The notes under the pieces were generated by a model. That model was not told the DNA's origin. It was given only the letters and a program-made list of their open reading frames with translations, and ran no database searches. A program made the position numbers and the translations under genes. A stretch of DNA of 64,000 nucleotides from an uncultured Nitrospiraceae bacterium (GTDB taxonomy: Bacteria > Nitrospirota > Thermodesulfovibrionia > Thermodesulfovibrionales > Dissulfurispiraceae). Location of the stretch: assembly GCA_963705105.1 (NCBI GenBank), contig CAVPIW010000014.1:32001-96000 (forward strand). Direction: 5' to 3'. This document shows, one piece after another, positions 20,863 to 30,965 of the stretch (within the stretch, counting starts at the first letter, position 1; each line of letters begins with the position of its first letter).

Positions 20863-21298
20863 CCTTATCGTTGCAATACACTTCCGGGAAAGGCGGGGCG
20901 TATGCGCCGACAACCTTGCTGCGGCGACACCATAACTCTCACAGAAGACAACTTTTCTAACCAATGGTCGACCACACAAAGAGTGGAATCCTGAAAGACA
21001 AACCTGACGAGGCGTATCGTCGCCTTCAGCAAGGCTTTGAGGCGCTTCGCCACGCCTTTCTATGCAACTGCAAGGTTATCTGTCCCCAGACCACCCTTTG
21101 CCGTGTCTGTCGATACCAAATGCCCGTGAGGCAACGGGCATTGAACACCTTGAGATGTCTCATCATCGCATTGGAAAGGCTTTGAACCATATCTGCCTTC
21201 CCGGAGGAAGCAGTCGTGACACCGACACTGTCACTCACACTGTCACTGACACTGTTTGTTCAGAGCGTTTTGCCCCGCCTTTTCATGAAACTGCAAGG
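20863..21298. repeat. Mosaic of a full family A copy (20863-21076), a partial family B copy and a family A variant arm
   Basis: First part nearly identical to 56730-56943; 21085-21203 matches 18658-18777. Confidence 0.8.
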
Positions 21299-21355
21299 GT
21301 TATTCGGAGTTCTGCAGGGCGGGAGGCCCCGATTCCGATGTGATATAATTGAGCA

Positions 21356-22402
21356 ATGGAAGCGGACCACCTGTATGAACTCATAAAATCAAGTCTGCCC
21401 GTCGGCCTGTCCGTCGTCGACAAGAACAGGATCATCGTCGATTTCAATGCTGCGGCCGAAAGGATCACCGGATACTCGCGGGAGGAAGTGATCGGCAGAC
21501 CCTACGTCAGCGTTCTTCATGACGGAGCCGGCACGGAGGACTGTCCCCTCATCAGGCATGCCTTTGAACAGCGGGAGCAGGCCGTCGCCACCGAAACGAA
21601 CCTGAGAAGAAAATCGGGAGAAATGATCGTCGTCTCATCGACGATATCGCCGATTTACGACAAGGAAGGGATTTTCATCGGAGGGATCGAGCTCTTTACC
21701 GACATCACCGGGGCAAAGAGGGCCGAGAGGGAACGGAAAAACATCCTGTCCATGTTTGCCCATGACATGAAGAACCCCGTTCTCGCCGTCGGGGGATTTC
21801 TCGCGAGGCTTCTGGCCGGCAAGGCCGGTCCGCTGACGGATATGCAGCGTCAGCACCTGGACCTTATCGCCGAAGAGCTCTCCAGGCTGGAAGAGCTGAT
21901 CACGGATTTCCTCGAGTTCTCGAAGTTCGAAAAGCAGGAATACAGGCCGGAGCTGAAGCCCTTCAATATCGAAATGGGCGTTTACAGGCATATCGAGACG
22001 GCGCGGGTGATCGCCGAGAAGAAGAACATCACCATCGTCTTTGAACTGCCCGATGATTTCTCCCCTCTTATCCTTGCCGATGCGATGCTCGTCGACAGGG
22101 TCGTCGCCAACCTCCTTGACAATGCCATCAAATATACGAACCCCGGGGGACTTGTCATTCTGAAGGTTTTTGAGAGTGGGGAGGAGATCCAGGTCCAGGT
22201 GTGCGACACCGGGATCGGTATCCCCGAGGACAGGCTCCCCTATATTTTTGACGCCTTCTACCGCATTCACCGTGACACCAAGGGCTCAGGCCTGGGCCTG
22301 ACCATCGCCAAGATGATTGTCAATGCGCACGGCGGCCGGATCTGGGTCGAGAGCGTTCCCGGAAGAGGGAGCGTTTTCCACTTCACCCTGCCCAAGCACT
22401 GA
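21356..22402 (+). CDS. PAS-domain sensor histidine kinase
   Basis: FNAAAERITGYSREEVIG, AHDMKNP, NLLDNAIKY, DTGIGI, GSGLGL. Confidence 0.93.
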   Translation: MEADHLYELIKSSLPVGLSVVDKNRIIVDFNAAAERITGYSREEVIGRPYVSVLHDGAGTEDCPLIRHAFEQREQAVATETNLRRKSGEMIVVSSTISPIYDKEGIFIGGIELFTDITGAKRAERERKNILSMFAHDMKNPVLAVGGFLARLLAGKAGPLTDMQRQHLDLIAEELSRLEELITDFLEFSKFEKQEYRPELKPFNIEMGVYRHIETARVIAEKKNITIVFELPDDFSPLILADAMLVDRVVANLLDNAIKYTNPGGLVILKVFESGEEIQVQVCDTGIGIPEDRLPYIFDAFYRIHRDTKGSGLGLTIAKMIVNAHGGRIWVESVPGRGSVFHFTLPKH

Positions 22403-22492
22403 CCACGCATTTCCCCGCTGCCGAGTCCCGCAGCGGCGCCATGTTATAATAATCATTGAAGTTTGAGGCTTCATTATTTCGGAGGCATACAG

Positions 22493-22798
22493 ATGAGCAA
22501 ACACGAAGAAATCAAAAAAGTGGCATTCGAGATTTTTGAAAAAAGCGGCAGGACCCACGGCAGTGACCTCGATCATTGGTTCGAGGCGGAGCGCATCGTG
22601 CATGAGCGGCGCATGGTAGCGACCCCGCCGGCTGAAGAGGCTCAGGTTCAGCCTGCTTCTGACACTCCTGCCCCGGCGGAAGAGAAAAAAATCGTCGGGA
22701 CGAGGAGAAAAACCGCCGCAGAGAAGAAACCGGCGGAGCCGAAAAAGACGAAAGCGAAAACAGCGACGACGACAACGAGACGCAAGAAGACTGAATGA
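22493..22798 (+). CDS. DUF2934-domain protein with a K/T/P-rich tail
   Basis: IKKVAFEIFEKSGRTHGSDLDHWFEAER; RBS GGAGG. Confidence 0.75.
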   Translation: MSKHEEIKKVAFEIFEKSGRTHGSDLDHWFEAERIVHERRMVATPPAEEAQVQPASDTPAPAEEKKIVGTRRKTAAEKKPAEPKKTKAKTATTTTRRKKTE

Positions 22799-23805
22799 GA
22801 GAGGCCCTCTTTTACGAGAATATCGGCGACGGAAAGGTCCGCTGCTTTCTCTGCGCCCAGCATTGCACGATCTCTCCGGGAAAGAGGGGAATATGCTCCG
22901 TCAGGGAGAACAGGGACGGGACGCTCTTCAGCCTCGTCTACGGGCGGATCATCGCCGGGAACATCGATCCGATCGAGAAGAAGCCCCTCTTCCATTTCCA
23001 CCCGGGGTCGCGGTCCTATTCCATCGCCACCGTGGGGTGCAACTTCAAATGCATGCACTGCCAGAACTACGACATCTCCCAGTACCCCAAGGAGCATGAC
23101 GATATCCCGGGCAGGGACGTGACGCCGGAGGACGTCGTCGATGAGGCTTCTGCGAGCGGCTGCGCGAGCATCTCCTATACATACACGGAGCCGACGATTT
23201 TCCTTGAGTTCGCCTATGACTGCGCAAAGCTCGCCCATGAGCGGGGGATAAAAAATGTCTTCGTGAGCAACGGGTACACGGGCCCCGAGGCGACGAGGTT
23301 CATCGCGCCTTACCTGGACGGAAATAATATCGACCTGAAGGGTGACGACCGGTTTTACAAGAAGGTCGTCGGCGCGCGGCTCCAGCCGGTCCTCGAGACG
23401 ATCCGTCTCATGAAGGAGCTGGGCGTCTGGATCGAGGTGACGACCCTCGTCATCCCCGATTACAACGACTCGGAGGAGGTCCTTACGGGGATCGCCCGGT
23501 TCATTCATTCCGTCGATCCCGCCATCCCCTGGCACGTCACCCAGTTCTACCCGACCTATCACCTCCTCGACAAGCCGAGAACGCCCATGGCGACGCTGAG
23601 AAAGGCGCGGGACATCGGCCTCGGGGCGGGGCTGAAATACGTCTACGAGGGGAATGTGCCCGGTGAGGGAGGCGAGAATACATACTGCTCTTCCTGCGGA
23701 GACCTGCTCATCGGACGCTTCGGCTATCATTTGGGCACGATAGGCATGCAAAACGGACACTGCAGGAAATGCGGAGTTGCCGTCGACGGTGTCGGCATGC
23801 CCTGA
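22795..23805 (+). CDS. amrS: AmmeMemoRadiSam system radical SAM enzyme
   Basis: CFLCAQHC, DPIEKKPLFHFHPG, GCNFKCMHCQNYDISQ, SYTYTEP. Confidence 0.88.
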   Translation: MREALFYENIGDGKVRCFLCAQHCTISPGKRGICSVRENRDGTLFSLVYGRIIAGNIDPIEKKPLFHFHPGSRSYSIATVGCNFKCMHCQNYDISQYPKEHDDIPGRDVTPEDVVDEASASGCASISYTYTEPTIFLEFAYDCAKLAHERGIKNVFVSNGYTGPEATRFIAPYLDGNNIDLKGDDRFYKKVVGARLQPVLETIRLMKELGVWIEVTTLVIPDYNDSEEVLTGIARFIHSVDPAIPWHVTQFYPTYHLLDKPRTPMATLRKARDIGLGAGLKYVYEGNVPGEGGENTYCSSCGDLLIGRFGYHLGTIGMQNGHCRKCGVAVDGVGMP

Positions 23806-23999
23806 AAACAGCCGCCAATCGATGCAGGTTACAATGCCAGTCATTCCGGCCATACACAGTTTGTCATTCCCGCGTCCAATACGGGAATATGTCTCACGCA
23901 AAGTCGCAAAGAGCGCAAAGAAAAACAGGGTAGTGTCATCGGAAGGAGAAAATATATCGGGCCGTTCAGGGAACGGCCCCTGCATGGACAAATGATTCT

Positions 24000-24806
24000 T
24001 CATTCGACGGGCGTGCCCGGGATGACCTGCACCTTCACATCGATGACACCCGGAACGGTGCTGACGATCTGGGCGATCTCAAGGGCCATTTCTTCTTTTG
24101 CGTCAGCCGGCGCCTTCACGGATACATAGATCACGCCCTTTTCGGCAGAGACCTCTGCGTCCGGCTTCAGATCGATGATCGATACCTTTGCGAGGGCTGA
24201 CAGAACCAGGTCGTCCATAGCCGACTGCGATGCCCGCGTCGTCTCGAACCGCTTCATCCCGGCGGTGTAACAGATGATGTCGGCGGCCTCTTCCACGGAG
24301 AGCGACTTGACGTTGATGACGAGGTCATAGAGGCTCGGGTTTCTGGTGTTGACGCCGTAAAGAAACTTCCCCCACTTCAACCGCTCTTCATCGATGTTTT
24401 CGAGAAAGCGAATCGCCTCTTTCCGCGATATCTTTTCCTGATCCATCACTATTTTGATGCGGTCTTCGAGGTCTGCGATTATGCGGACCTTGAGGACGTG
24501 AGAAACCCCCTTCAGGAAGAAATGACCGGCAAAACCGTGATACACGACGTTGTTCTTCTGGACGCGCTTGAGGAGCGCCGCCTGGATGAAGGCGACGTAC
24601 CGTTCCTTTCCATAGGCATACCGGGTAAACATGGAAGGCGCGTCGGAGATCGCCTGAAGGAGCTTTGCCGCCGGGATATTGAAGTCCTCCGACGCCTCGA
24701 GGAGGATTTCTCTGGCTATGCACTCATAGCCGAGCCGCCGTGCAATCAGTTCGGCCACCTCTTTTCCTCTGCTGTATGATCCTCTTGAAATCGTGATAAC
24801 TGCCAT
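24000..24806 (-). CDS. Cytidylate-kinase-like family protein with a C-terminal BON-like domain
   Basis: MAVITISRGSYSRGKEVA, LKVRIIA, YDLVIN. Confidence 0.8.
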   Translation of the reverse strand: MAVITISRGSYSRGKEVAELIARRLGYECIAREILLEASEDFNIPAAKLLQAISDAPSMFTRYAYGKERYVAFIQAALLKRVQKNNVVYHGFAGHFFLKGVSHVLKVRIIADLEDRIKIVMDQEKISRKEAIRFLENIDEERLKWGKFLYGVNTRNPSLYDLVINVKSLSVEEAADIICYTAGMKRFETTRASQSAMDDLVLSALAKVSIIDLKPDAEVSAEKGVIYVSVKAPADAKEEMALEIAQIVSTVPGVIDVKVQVIPGTPVE

Positions 24807-24866
24807 CTCAACCTCCTCCGGGGGCTCTGCAACAATGTGGTTTGCTCAACGCCATCGGCGCGCTCC

Positions 24867-25406
24867 TTACAGGAGTTCCTCGATTTTCTTTATCATCTCG
24901 GCGCCCGACCAGTCCTGCTCACCAAAGAACTTCTCGACGATGAGACCTTTACGGTCGATGATAAAGGCAGTCGGCACCATGAATACCTTGTATGAGCGGG
25001 AGACGGTCAGCGAGCTGTCGATGAGCACCGGGAAACCGAGCGGGTTCTTGCTGACGTAATCCGTAACGGCCGACGTGGACTTGTCCGTCGATATGCCGAT
25101 AACGACGAGTCCTTTCCCCTTGTATGCCTGGTTCAGCCTGTTGAGGGAGGGGAGCTCGACCTTGCAGGGCGGGCACCAGGTGGCCCAGAAATTGAGTATG
25201 ACCACATTCCCCTTGTATTTCGAAAGAGAGACCTGGTTGCCCTGGATGTCTTTCGCGCTGAAGTCCGGCGCCTTGTGGCCGGAGAGTTTCTCGGCGGCGA
25301 AGGGCGAGGGAGGCTGGGCGAAAAGGTCCGGGCAAAGCATCAGGAAGACGGAAGCCATGACAAGGGTCATGCAGATGCAGAAAAATCCTCCCCTTCTCCC
25401 TCTCAT
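24867..25406 (-). CDS. TlpA/ResA-family thiol:disulfide oxidoreductase
   Basis: LNFWATWCPPCKVELP. Confidence 0.88.
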   Translation of the reverse strand: MRGRRGGFFCICMTLVMASVFLMLCPDLFAQPPSPFAAEKLSGHKAPDFSAKDIQGNQVSLSKYKGNVVILNFWATWCPPCKVELPSLNRLNQAYKGKGLVVIGISTDKSTSAVTDYVSKNPLGFPVLIDSSLTVSRSYKVFMVPTAFIIDRKGLIVEKFFGEQDWSGAEMIKKIEELL

Positions 25407-25486
25407 ACGCTCCTCCCGCGTCAGCCCTGATTCCGGCGCCGCCTTCGTCCCTGAAAACCCTCAATCCCCCTGCTTCGGCCCGTCTC

Positions 25487-26359
25487 CTACAGCAGGCCTG
25501 CTTTCTTCAATACAGCGCTGAGCTTCTCCTTGTTGGCCGACGCCATCTCGCAGAGGGGGAGCTTGAACTCCTCGCGGATCTTCCCCATGAGGGCCAGGGA
25601 TGTCTTGACCGGGATGGGGTTCGTCTCGATGAACATGGCGTAGTTCAGCGGCTCGAGCTTGTAATGCAATGCCCTCGCCTTTGCGATGTCTCCTGCCATC
25701 CAGGCATTATACATCTCGGCGGAATCTTTGGGAGCGATGTTCGCCGTGACGGAGATCGCCCCGTGACCGCCCAGGGCAAGGAGGGGCAGGGTGGTGAAGT
25801 CATCGCCCGAAAGGATCGTCAGCCTGTCTCCGCAGAGCCTGATGAGCTCGCTCGCCTGCTTCATGTCGCCCGTCGCTTCCTTGACGGAGACGACGTTCTT
25901 CAGTTCCGTCAGGCGGGCGACCGTCGAGGGCATGAGGTTGACGGCGGTCCTTCCCGGCACATTATAGAGCACCATCGGGATGTCGACCACGTCGGCGATC
26001 GCCTTGTAATGGCGGTAGAGCCCCTCCTGCGTCGGCTTATTGTAATAGGGGGTGACAAGGAGAGCGCCGTCGACCCCCAGCTCCTTCGCCTTTTTCGTTA
26101 TCGTTATCGCCTCATCCGTCGAGTTCGCCCCGGTGCCGGCGATGACGGGGAGGCGCTTGTTGGCGGCCTTGACGGCGACCTCGATGACCCTGTAATGCTC
26201 CTCATAGTCGAGCGTCGAGGCCTCGCCCGTCGTCCCGCAGGGAACGATCCCGTGGGTACCCTGGGAGATATGCCATTCGATGAGGTCACCATAGGCCTGT
26301 TCATCGAAGACGCCGTTTTTGAAGGGTGTGACGATAGCGACAATGGATCCTTTGAACAT
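25487..26359 (-). CDS. dapA: 4-hydroxy-tetrahydrodipicolinate synthase
   Basis: GTTGEA, TPYYNKP, LYNVPGRT, KEATGD, ETNPIPVK. Confidence 0.97.
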   Translation of the reverse strand: MFKGSIVAIVTPFKNGVFDEQAYGDLIEWHISQGTHGIVPCGTTGEASTLDYEEHYRVIEVAVKAANKRLPVIAGTGANSTDEAITITKKAKELGVDGALLVTPYYNKPTQEGLYRHYKAIADVVDIPMVLYNVPGRTAVNLMPSTVARLTELKNVVSVKEATGDMKQASELIRLCGDRLTILSGDDFTTLPLLALGGHGAISVTANIAPKDSAEMYNAWMAGDIAKARALHYKLEPLNYAMFIETNPIPVKTSLALMGKIREEFKLPLCEMASANKEKLSAVLKKAGLL

Positions 26360-26392
26360 TTCAGACCTCCCTGGAAATAGAGTGTGAAAAAT

Positions 26393-27238
26393 TTACAGGC
26401 CGATGGTGCCGACGAAGACCTCGACGGCAGGACCGGTCATGGTGACACGGTTGTCCGGCCGCCAGGCGATGACAAGTTCTCCTCCGGGAAGGTGCACCGC
26501 CGTCGTCCTTTCGGTCAATCCCTTCAGCATCGAAGCGACGCCCGCCGCCGATGCCCCGGTGCCGCAGGCGAGCGTTTCCCCGGCTCCCCTCTCCCAGACC
26601 CTCATGGAGATGCTCGTCTTCCCGTCAAGCCGCACAAATTCCACGTTCGTCCTGCGGGGGAACAGGGGATGGCGTTCGATCAGGGGTCCATAGACCGGGA
26701 CGGGATAGCCTGACAGATCTTCGTCGATGAATATGACCGCGTGGGGGTTCCCCATGGACAGGCATGTGATCCTGAATTCCCTGTCCCGGATGGGAAGCGG
26801 ATAATCAACGATCTTTCCGCCTGCCTCGCTCGCGGTTATGTTCACTGGTATGCGCTCCGGCTCGAAGACCGGTTCTCCCATGTCGACGCGGACGAGGTCG
26901 CCGGCCCGCTCGGGCCGGATGATGCCGGCGGGGGTCTCGATGTCGAGCACTGCTTTGCCGGAAAGGCGGCGGTCCCAGATATACCGGGCGAGACACCTGA
27001 TCCCGTTGCCGCACATCTCGACTTCGCTGCCGTCGGCGTTGAAGATTTTCATCGCGAAGTCGGCTTTTTCGGAACGGCGGAGGAGAAGGATCTGGTCGGC
27101 GCCGATGCCGAAGCGCCTGTCGCAGAGGTGTGACGCGCGGCCGGCGATCCCGCCGATGGCCGGGTCGTCCCAATCCCGGCAGTCGATGACGATGAAATCG
27201 TTGCCGAGGCCGTGCATTTTCGTAAAAGTGATGTCCAT
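26393..27238 (-). CDS. dapF: Diaminopimelate epimerase
   Basis: FTKMHGLGNDF, EMCGNGIRC, SMGNPH, ERGAGETLACGTG. Confidence 0.97.
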   Translation of the reverse strand: MDITFTKMHGLGNDFIVIDCRDWDDPAIGGIAGRASHLCDRRFGIGADQILLLRRSEKADFAMKIFNADGSEVEMCGNGIRCLARYIWDRRLSGKAVLDIETPAGIIRPERAGDLVRVDMGEPVFEPERIPVNITASEAGGKIVDYPLPIRDREFRITCLSMGNPHAVIFIDEDLSGYPVPVYGPLIERHPLFPRRTNVEFVRLDGKTSISMRVWERGAGETLACGTGASAAGVASMLKGLTERTTAVHLPGGELVIAWRPDNRVTMTGPAVEVFVGTIGL

Positions 27239-27239
27239 A

Positions 27240-28493
27240 TCAGCCCAGCTCCGGAATCCTCTCGCCGCTGACGAGGTCCTCATAGGTTTCACGCTGCCGA
27301 ATCACGGCGTATTCCCCACCCTTTACCATCACCTCGGCGATGCGCGGCCTGCTGTTGTATGTCGACGACATGGTGTATCCATAGGCCCCCGCGCTCATGA
27401 CGGCGAGGTATTCACCCTTTTTCACCCCTGCCATCTCCCTGTCCTTGGCGAGAAAGTCACCCGATTCGCAGATGGGACCGACGACATCGGCGACGATCCC
27501 GGCGCGCCGTCTCTTCACGACGGGCTGTATATGGTGATAGGCGCCGTACAGGGAGGGCCGCATGAGGTCGTTCATGCCGGCGTCGACGATGACGAACTCC
27601 TTGTCCTCTCCCTTCTTGAGATAGAGAACCCTGGTCACGAGGATGCCGGCGTTCCCCACGACCGACCGGCCCGGCTCGAGCACGACGGTGACGTTTCTTC
27701 CCCGGAGCAGGGGGAGTATGCTCTCGGCGAGCTGGTCCGGCCGGGGCGGTGTCTCGTCGCGGTAGGTAATGCCGAGGCCTCCTCCGATGTCGATATACCG
27801 TATCCCGATCCCCTGCCCCGTCAGCTCGTCGTGCAGCAGGAGGACCCTCTTGAGCGCGTCGACAAAGGGAGAGACCTTCGTGAGCTGCGACCCGATGTGC
27901 TTGTGGATGCCGATGACTGAAATGTGCCTCAGCGCCCGTGCGAGCCTGTAATGCTCCAGGGCCTCGCCGATGGGGATGCCGAACTTGTGCTTTTTCAGCC
28001 CCGTCGAGATATAGGGGTGCGTCTGGGGATCGATGTCGGGATTGATGCGGAGGGCGACGGGCGCCTTCTTCCCCATGAGTCCTGCGACCCTGTCGATTTC
28101 CCTCAGTTCGTCCTCCGACTCGACGTTGAACATGAGGATTCCGCTGTCGAGGGCGTACCGTATCTCCTCTTCCGTCTTGCCCACGCCGGCGTAGACGATC
28201 CTGTCTGCGGGCACACCCGCCCTGAGGGCCCTGAAAAGTTCACCGCCCGAGACCACGTCGGCGCCTCCGCCGTGTCGTGCGAAGAGATTCACGATGGCGG
28301 CATTGGAATTCGCCTTCAGGGCGAAGCAGACGAGATGCGGAAATCCGTCGAAGGCATGCTCATAGGCGAGGAAATGCCTGAGCAGGGTATTGTAACTGTA
28401 AATATAGAGGGGCGTGCCGTATGCGTCGGCAATGTGCCGGACCGGTACGTCCTCCACGAATAACTCATTGTTTCGATATTGAAATAAGTGCAT
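27240..28493 (-). CDS. lysA: Diaminopimelate decarboxylase
   Basis: FALKANSN, DVVSGGE, HIGSQ, DIGGGLG, EPGR, GPICESGD. Confidence 0.97.
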   Translation of the reverse strand: MHLFQYRNNELFVEDVPVRHIADAYGTPLYIYSYNTLLRHFLAYEHAFDGFPHLVCFALKANSNAAIVNLFARHGGGADVVSGGELFRALRAGVPADRIVYAGVGKTEEEIRYALDSGILMFNVESEDELREIDRVAGLMGKKAPVALRINPDIDPQTHPYISTGLKKHKFGIPIGEALEHYRLARALRHISVIGIHKHIGSQLTKVSPFVDALKRVLLLHDELTGQGIGIRYIDIGGGLGITYRDETPPRPDQLAESILPLLRGRNVTVVLEPGRSVVGNAGILVTRVLYLKKGEDKEFVIVDAGMNDLMRPSLYGAYHHIQPVVKRRRAGIVADVVGPICESGDFLAKDREMAGVKKGEYLAVMSAGAYGYTMSSTYNSRPRIAEVMVKGGEYAVIRQRETYEDLVSGERIPELG

Positions 28494-28693
28494 GCGATGT
28501 CTCCCCGCCGTCCAGGACAGGACCCGTCAGGACAGGACGGACAAAGAGGGAAGGGCCTGCTCACCGGGGTCATCGGGCCATCCCGCCCTCGTTTGATTTT
28601 TTTCTTATTTTTTAACATACTATTCATCAAAAGTCAAAGGAATACCGCATTTTCCCCACATCCTGCAAAGAGAGGTCAAAAGAGAAAGGCACT

Positions 28694-30637
28694 ATGGGAA
28701 GGAACATCGTTCAGAAGATCTTTGACGCTCACCGTGTTTACGGAGAGCTGACACCGAAGAGTCCCGTCGGGATGGGCGTCGATCAGGTATACACGCAGGA
28801 CGCTACCGGGACCATGACATGGCTCGAATTCGAGGCCATCGGAATAGACCGGGTCAAGGTGCCCCTTGCCGTCTCGTACGTCGATCACAACATGCTCCAG
28901 TCGGATTTCATGAACGCCGACGACCACCTTTTCCTCCAGATGTCGGCGCAGAAGTTCGGCGCCTACTTCTCCAGGCCCGGCAACGGCATATGCCATCAAG
29001 TCCACCTCGAGAGGTTCGCAGCGCCCGGGAAAATCGCCCTCGGCACGGACAGCCACACGCCGACGGGCGGGGGCATGGGCATGATCGCCATCGGTGTCGG
29101 CGGCCTTGAAGCGGCGACGGTGATGGCGGGCTCTCCCTTCGAGCTGACCATGCCCCTCGTCGTCCAGGTCAGGCTGACGGGAAAGCTCAACAGGCCCTGG
29201 GTCACCGCCATGGATGTGATCCTCACGCTCCTGAAGAACCTGACCGTCAAGGGAGGTGTGGGGCGGATTTTCGAATACGGCGGACCGGGTGTGGAAGACC
29301 TCAACGTGACGGAACGGGCGACCATTACGAACATGGGCGCGGAACTGGGAGCGACGACGTCCCTCTTCCCGAGTGACGGCAACACCCGCGCCTATCTCAA
29401 GGCCCAGGGCAGGGAGGGTGACTGGACCGAACTGAAGGCCGATCCCGACGCTGTCTATGACGAGGGCATCGTCCTCGACCTCGGGAGCGTCGAGCCCATG
29501 ATCGCCCAGCCTCACAGCCCCGACAACGTCGTGCCGATCCGCGAGATCGCCGGGCTGAAGGTGAGCCAGGTCTGCATCGGCAGCTGCACCAACTCGTCCT
29601 TTCAGGCGATGAAGGCGGTGGCCTCGGTCCTCAGGGGCCGCACCGTCCCCGGCCAGGTGAACCTCCTGATCAACCCGGGTTCGCGCCAGGTGTACGGGAT
29701 GCTCGCGAGGGAGGGACTGACGGCTGACATGATCGCCGCCGGTGCGCGGTTCCTCGAATCGTCCTGCGGCCCCTGCATCGGCATGGGAGGAGCGCCCGCC
29801 TCGGGACAGATCTCGGTGCGGTCCTACAACAGGAACTTCAAGGGGAGGTCAGGGACGAAAGACGCCTATGTTTACCTGACGAACCCCGTCGCCTGCGCGG
29901 TCATGGCCGTCAGGGGCGAGATTACGGACCCTCGGGACAGCGGCATCGACATCGAGACCGTCAGTGAGCCCGAGACCTTTATCGTCAATGACAACCTGAT
30001 CGTTCCCCCTGCCCCGGACGGAAGCAAAGTCACGGTCGTCAAGGGGCCGAACATCAAGGACGTCCCTGTCAAGGCGGCGATGAAGAACGACATCCAGGCC
30101 GAGGTGATTCTCAAGCTCGGCAGCAATATCACGACCGACGACATCATGCCGGCAGGATCGAAGGTGCTCCCCTTCCGCTCGAACATACCGGCCATATCGG
30201 AGTTCGTCTTCAGAAACGTCGACGAGACCTTCACGAAACGTGCGAAGGACGCGCAGGCAAAGGGAGGCTGCATCGTCGTCGCCGACGACAACTACGGCCA
30301 GGGGTCGTCGAGGGAGCATGCCGCCATCGCGCCCATGTATCTCGGGCTCCAGGCGGTCATCGCCCGGTCCTTTGCGAGAATTCACCGGGCGAACCTCATC
30401 AACTTCGGTGTCCTGCCGCTCCTGTTTACCGGGAAGGAGGATTACAAGAGGATAAAGCAGGGAGACCTCCTCATCATCAGGAACGCCATGATCTCCCTCA
30501 GGGGCAACCAGCAGTTCACCGTCGAAAACGTGACGGGGAAATACACCTTCATCGCCACGTCGAACCTGAACGACCGGGAGAAGGAACTCATTCTCCACGG
30601 CGGTCTTCTGCCCTTCGTGAAGAAGAGCGCGCATTGA
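28694..30637 (+). CDS. Aconitate hydratase (compact type)
   Basis: QDATG, DHN, GICHQV, DSHT, IGSCTN, CGPCIG, NRNF, TTDDI, NYGQGSSREHAA. Confidence 0.9.
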   Translation: MGRNIVQKIFDAHRVYGELTPKSPVGMGVDQVYTQDATGTMTWLEFEAIGIDRVKVPLAVSYVDHNMLQSDFMNADDHLFLQMSAQKFGAYFSRPGNGICHQVHLERFAAPGKIALGTDSHTPTGGGMGMIAIGVGGLEAATVMAGSPFELTMPLVVQVRLTGKLNRPWVTAMDVILTLLKNLTVKGGVGRIFEYGGPGVEDLNVTERATITNMGAELGATTSLFPSDGNTRAYLKAQGREGDWTELKADPDAVYDEGIVLDLGSVEPMIAQPHSPDNVVPIREIAGLKVSQVCIGSCTNSSFQAMKAVASVLRGRTVPGQVNLLINPGSRQVYGMLAREGLTADMIAAGARFLESSCGPCIGMGGAPASGQISVRSYNRNFKGRSGTKDAYVYLTNPVACAVMAVRGEITDPRDSGIDIETVSEPETFIVNDNLIVPPAPDGSKVTVVKGPNIKDVPVKAAMKNDIQAEVILKLGSNITTDDIMPAGSKVLPFRSNIPAISEFVFRNVDETFTKRAKDAQAKGGCIVVADDNYGQGSSREHAAIAPMYLGLQAVIARSFARIHRANLINFGVLPLLFTGKEDYKRIKQGDLLIIRNAMISLRGNQQFTVENVTGKYTFIATSNLNDREKELILHGGLLPFVKKSAH

Positions 30638-30662
30638 CAAAGAGGCGGAGAACTGATTATAT
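30634..30662 (+). promoter_or_regulatory. Sigma70-type promoter for the tRNA pair
   Basis: TTGACA-N17-TTATAT overlapping the aconitase stop codon. Confidence 0.6.
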
Positions 30663-30707
30663 TTAAAATCTAATTTCGAGGGCTCCGCCCCGCCGGCGGG
30701 ACCCTGC

Positions 30708-30780
30708 GGGCCGCTAGCTCAGCTGGCAGAGCAACGCCCTTTTAAGGCGTGGGTCGTTGGTTCGAATCCAACGCGGCTCA
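30708..30780 (+). tRNA. tRNA-Lys(TTT), CCA not encoded
   Basis: GGGCCGC acceptor stem, ACGCC-CT TTT AA-GGCGT anticodon arm, GGTTCGAATCC T arm. Confidence 0.95.
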
Positions 30781-30881
30781 TTGATCAAGAAACGGTGAAA
30801 GCGGCAAGTGGCGTATAATGGGGAAACGAGTTTTCGGGTCTTTGCCCGTCACTGTTCACTTGTCACTTCTCACTTATTGAT

Positions 30882-30956
30882 GTCCCCATCGTCTAGTCCG
30901 GCCTAGGACACGGCCCTTTCAAGGCTGTAACACCGGTTCGAATCCGGTTGGGGACG
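30882..30956 (+). tRNA. tRNA-Glu(TTC), CCA not encoded; island integration target
   Basis: GTCCCCA acceptor stem, CGGCC-CT TTC AA-GGCTG anticodon arm, GGTTCGAATCC T arm. Confidence 0.95.
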
Positions 30957-30965
30957 CTCGAACAT

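Noticed and set aside
13313..21298. CRISPR array
   Set aside because: The repeats are dispersed and long, with no regular repeat-spacer period and no cas genes.
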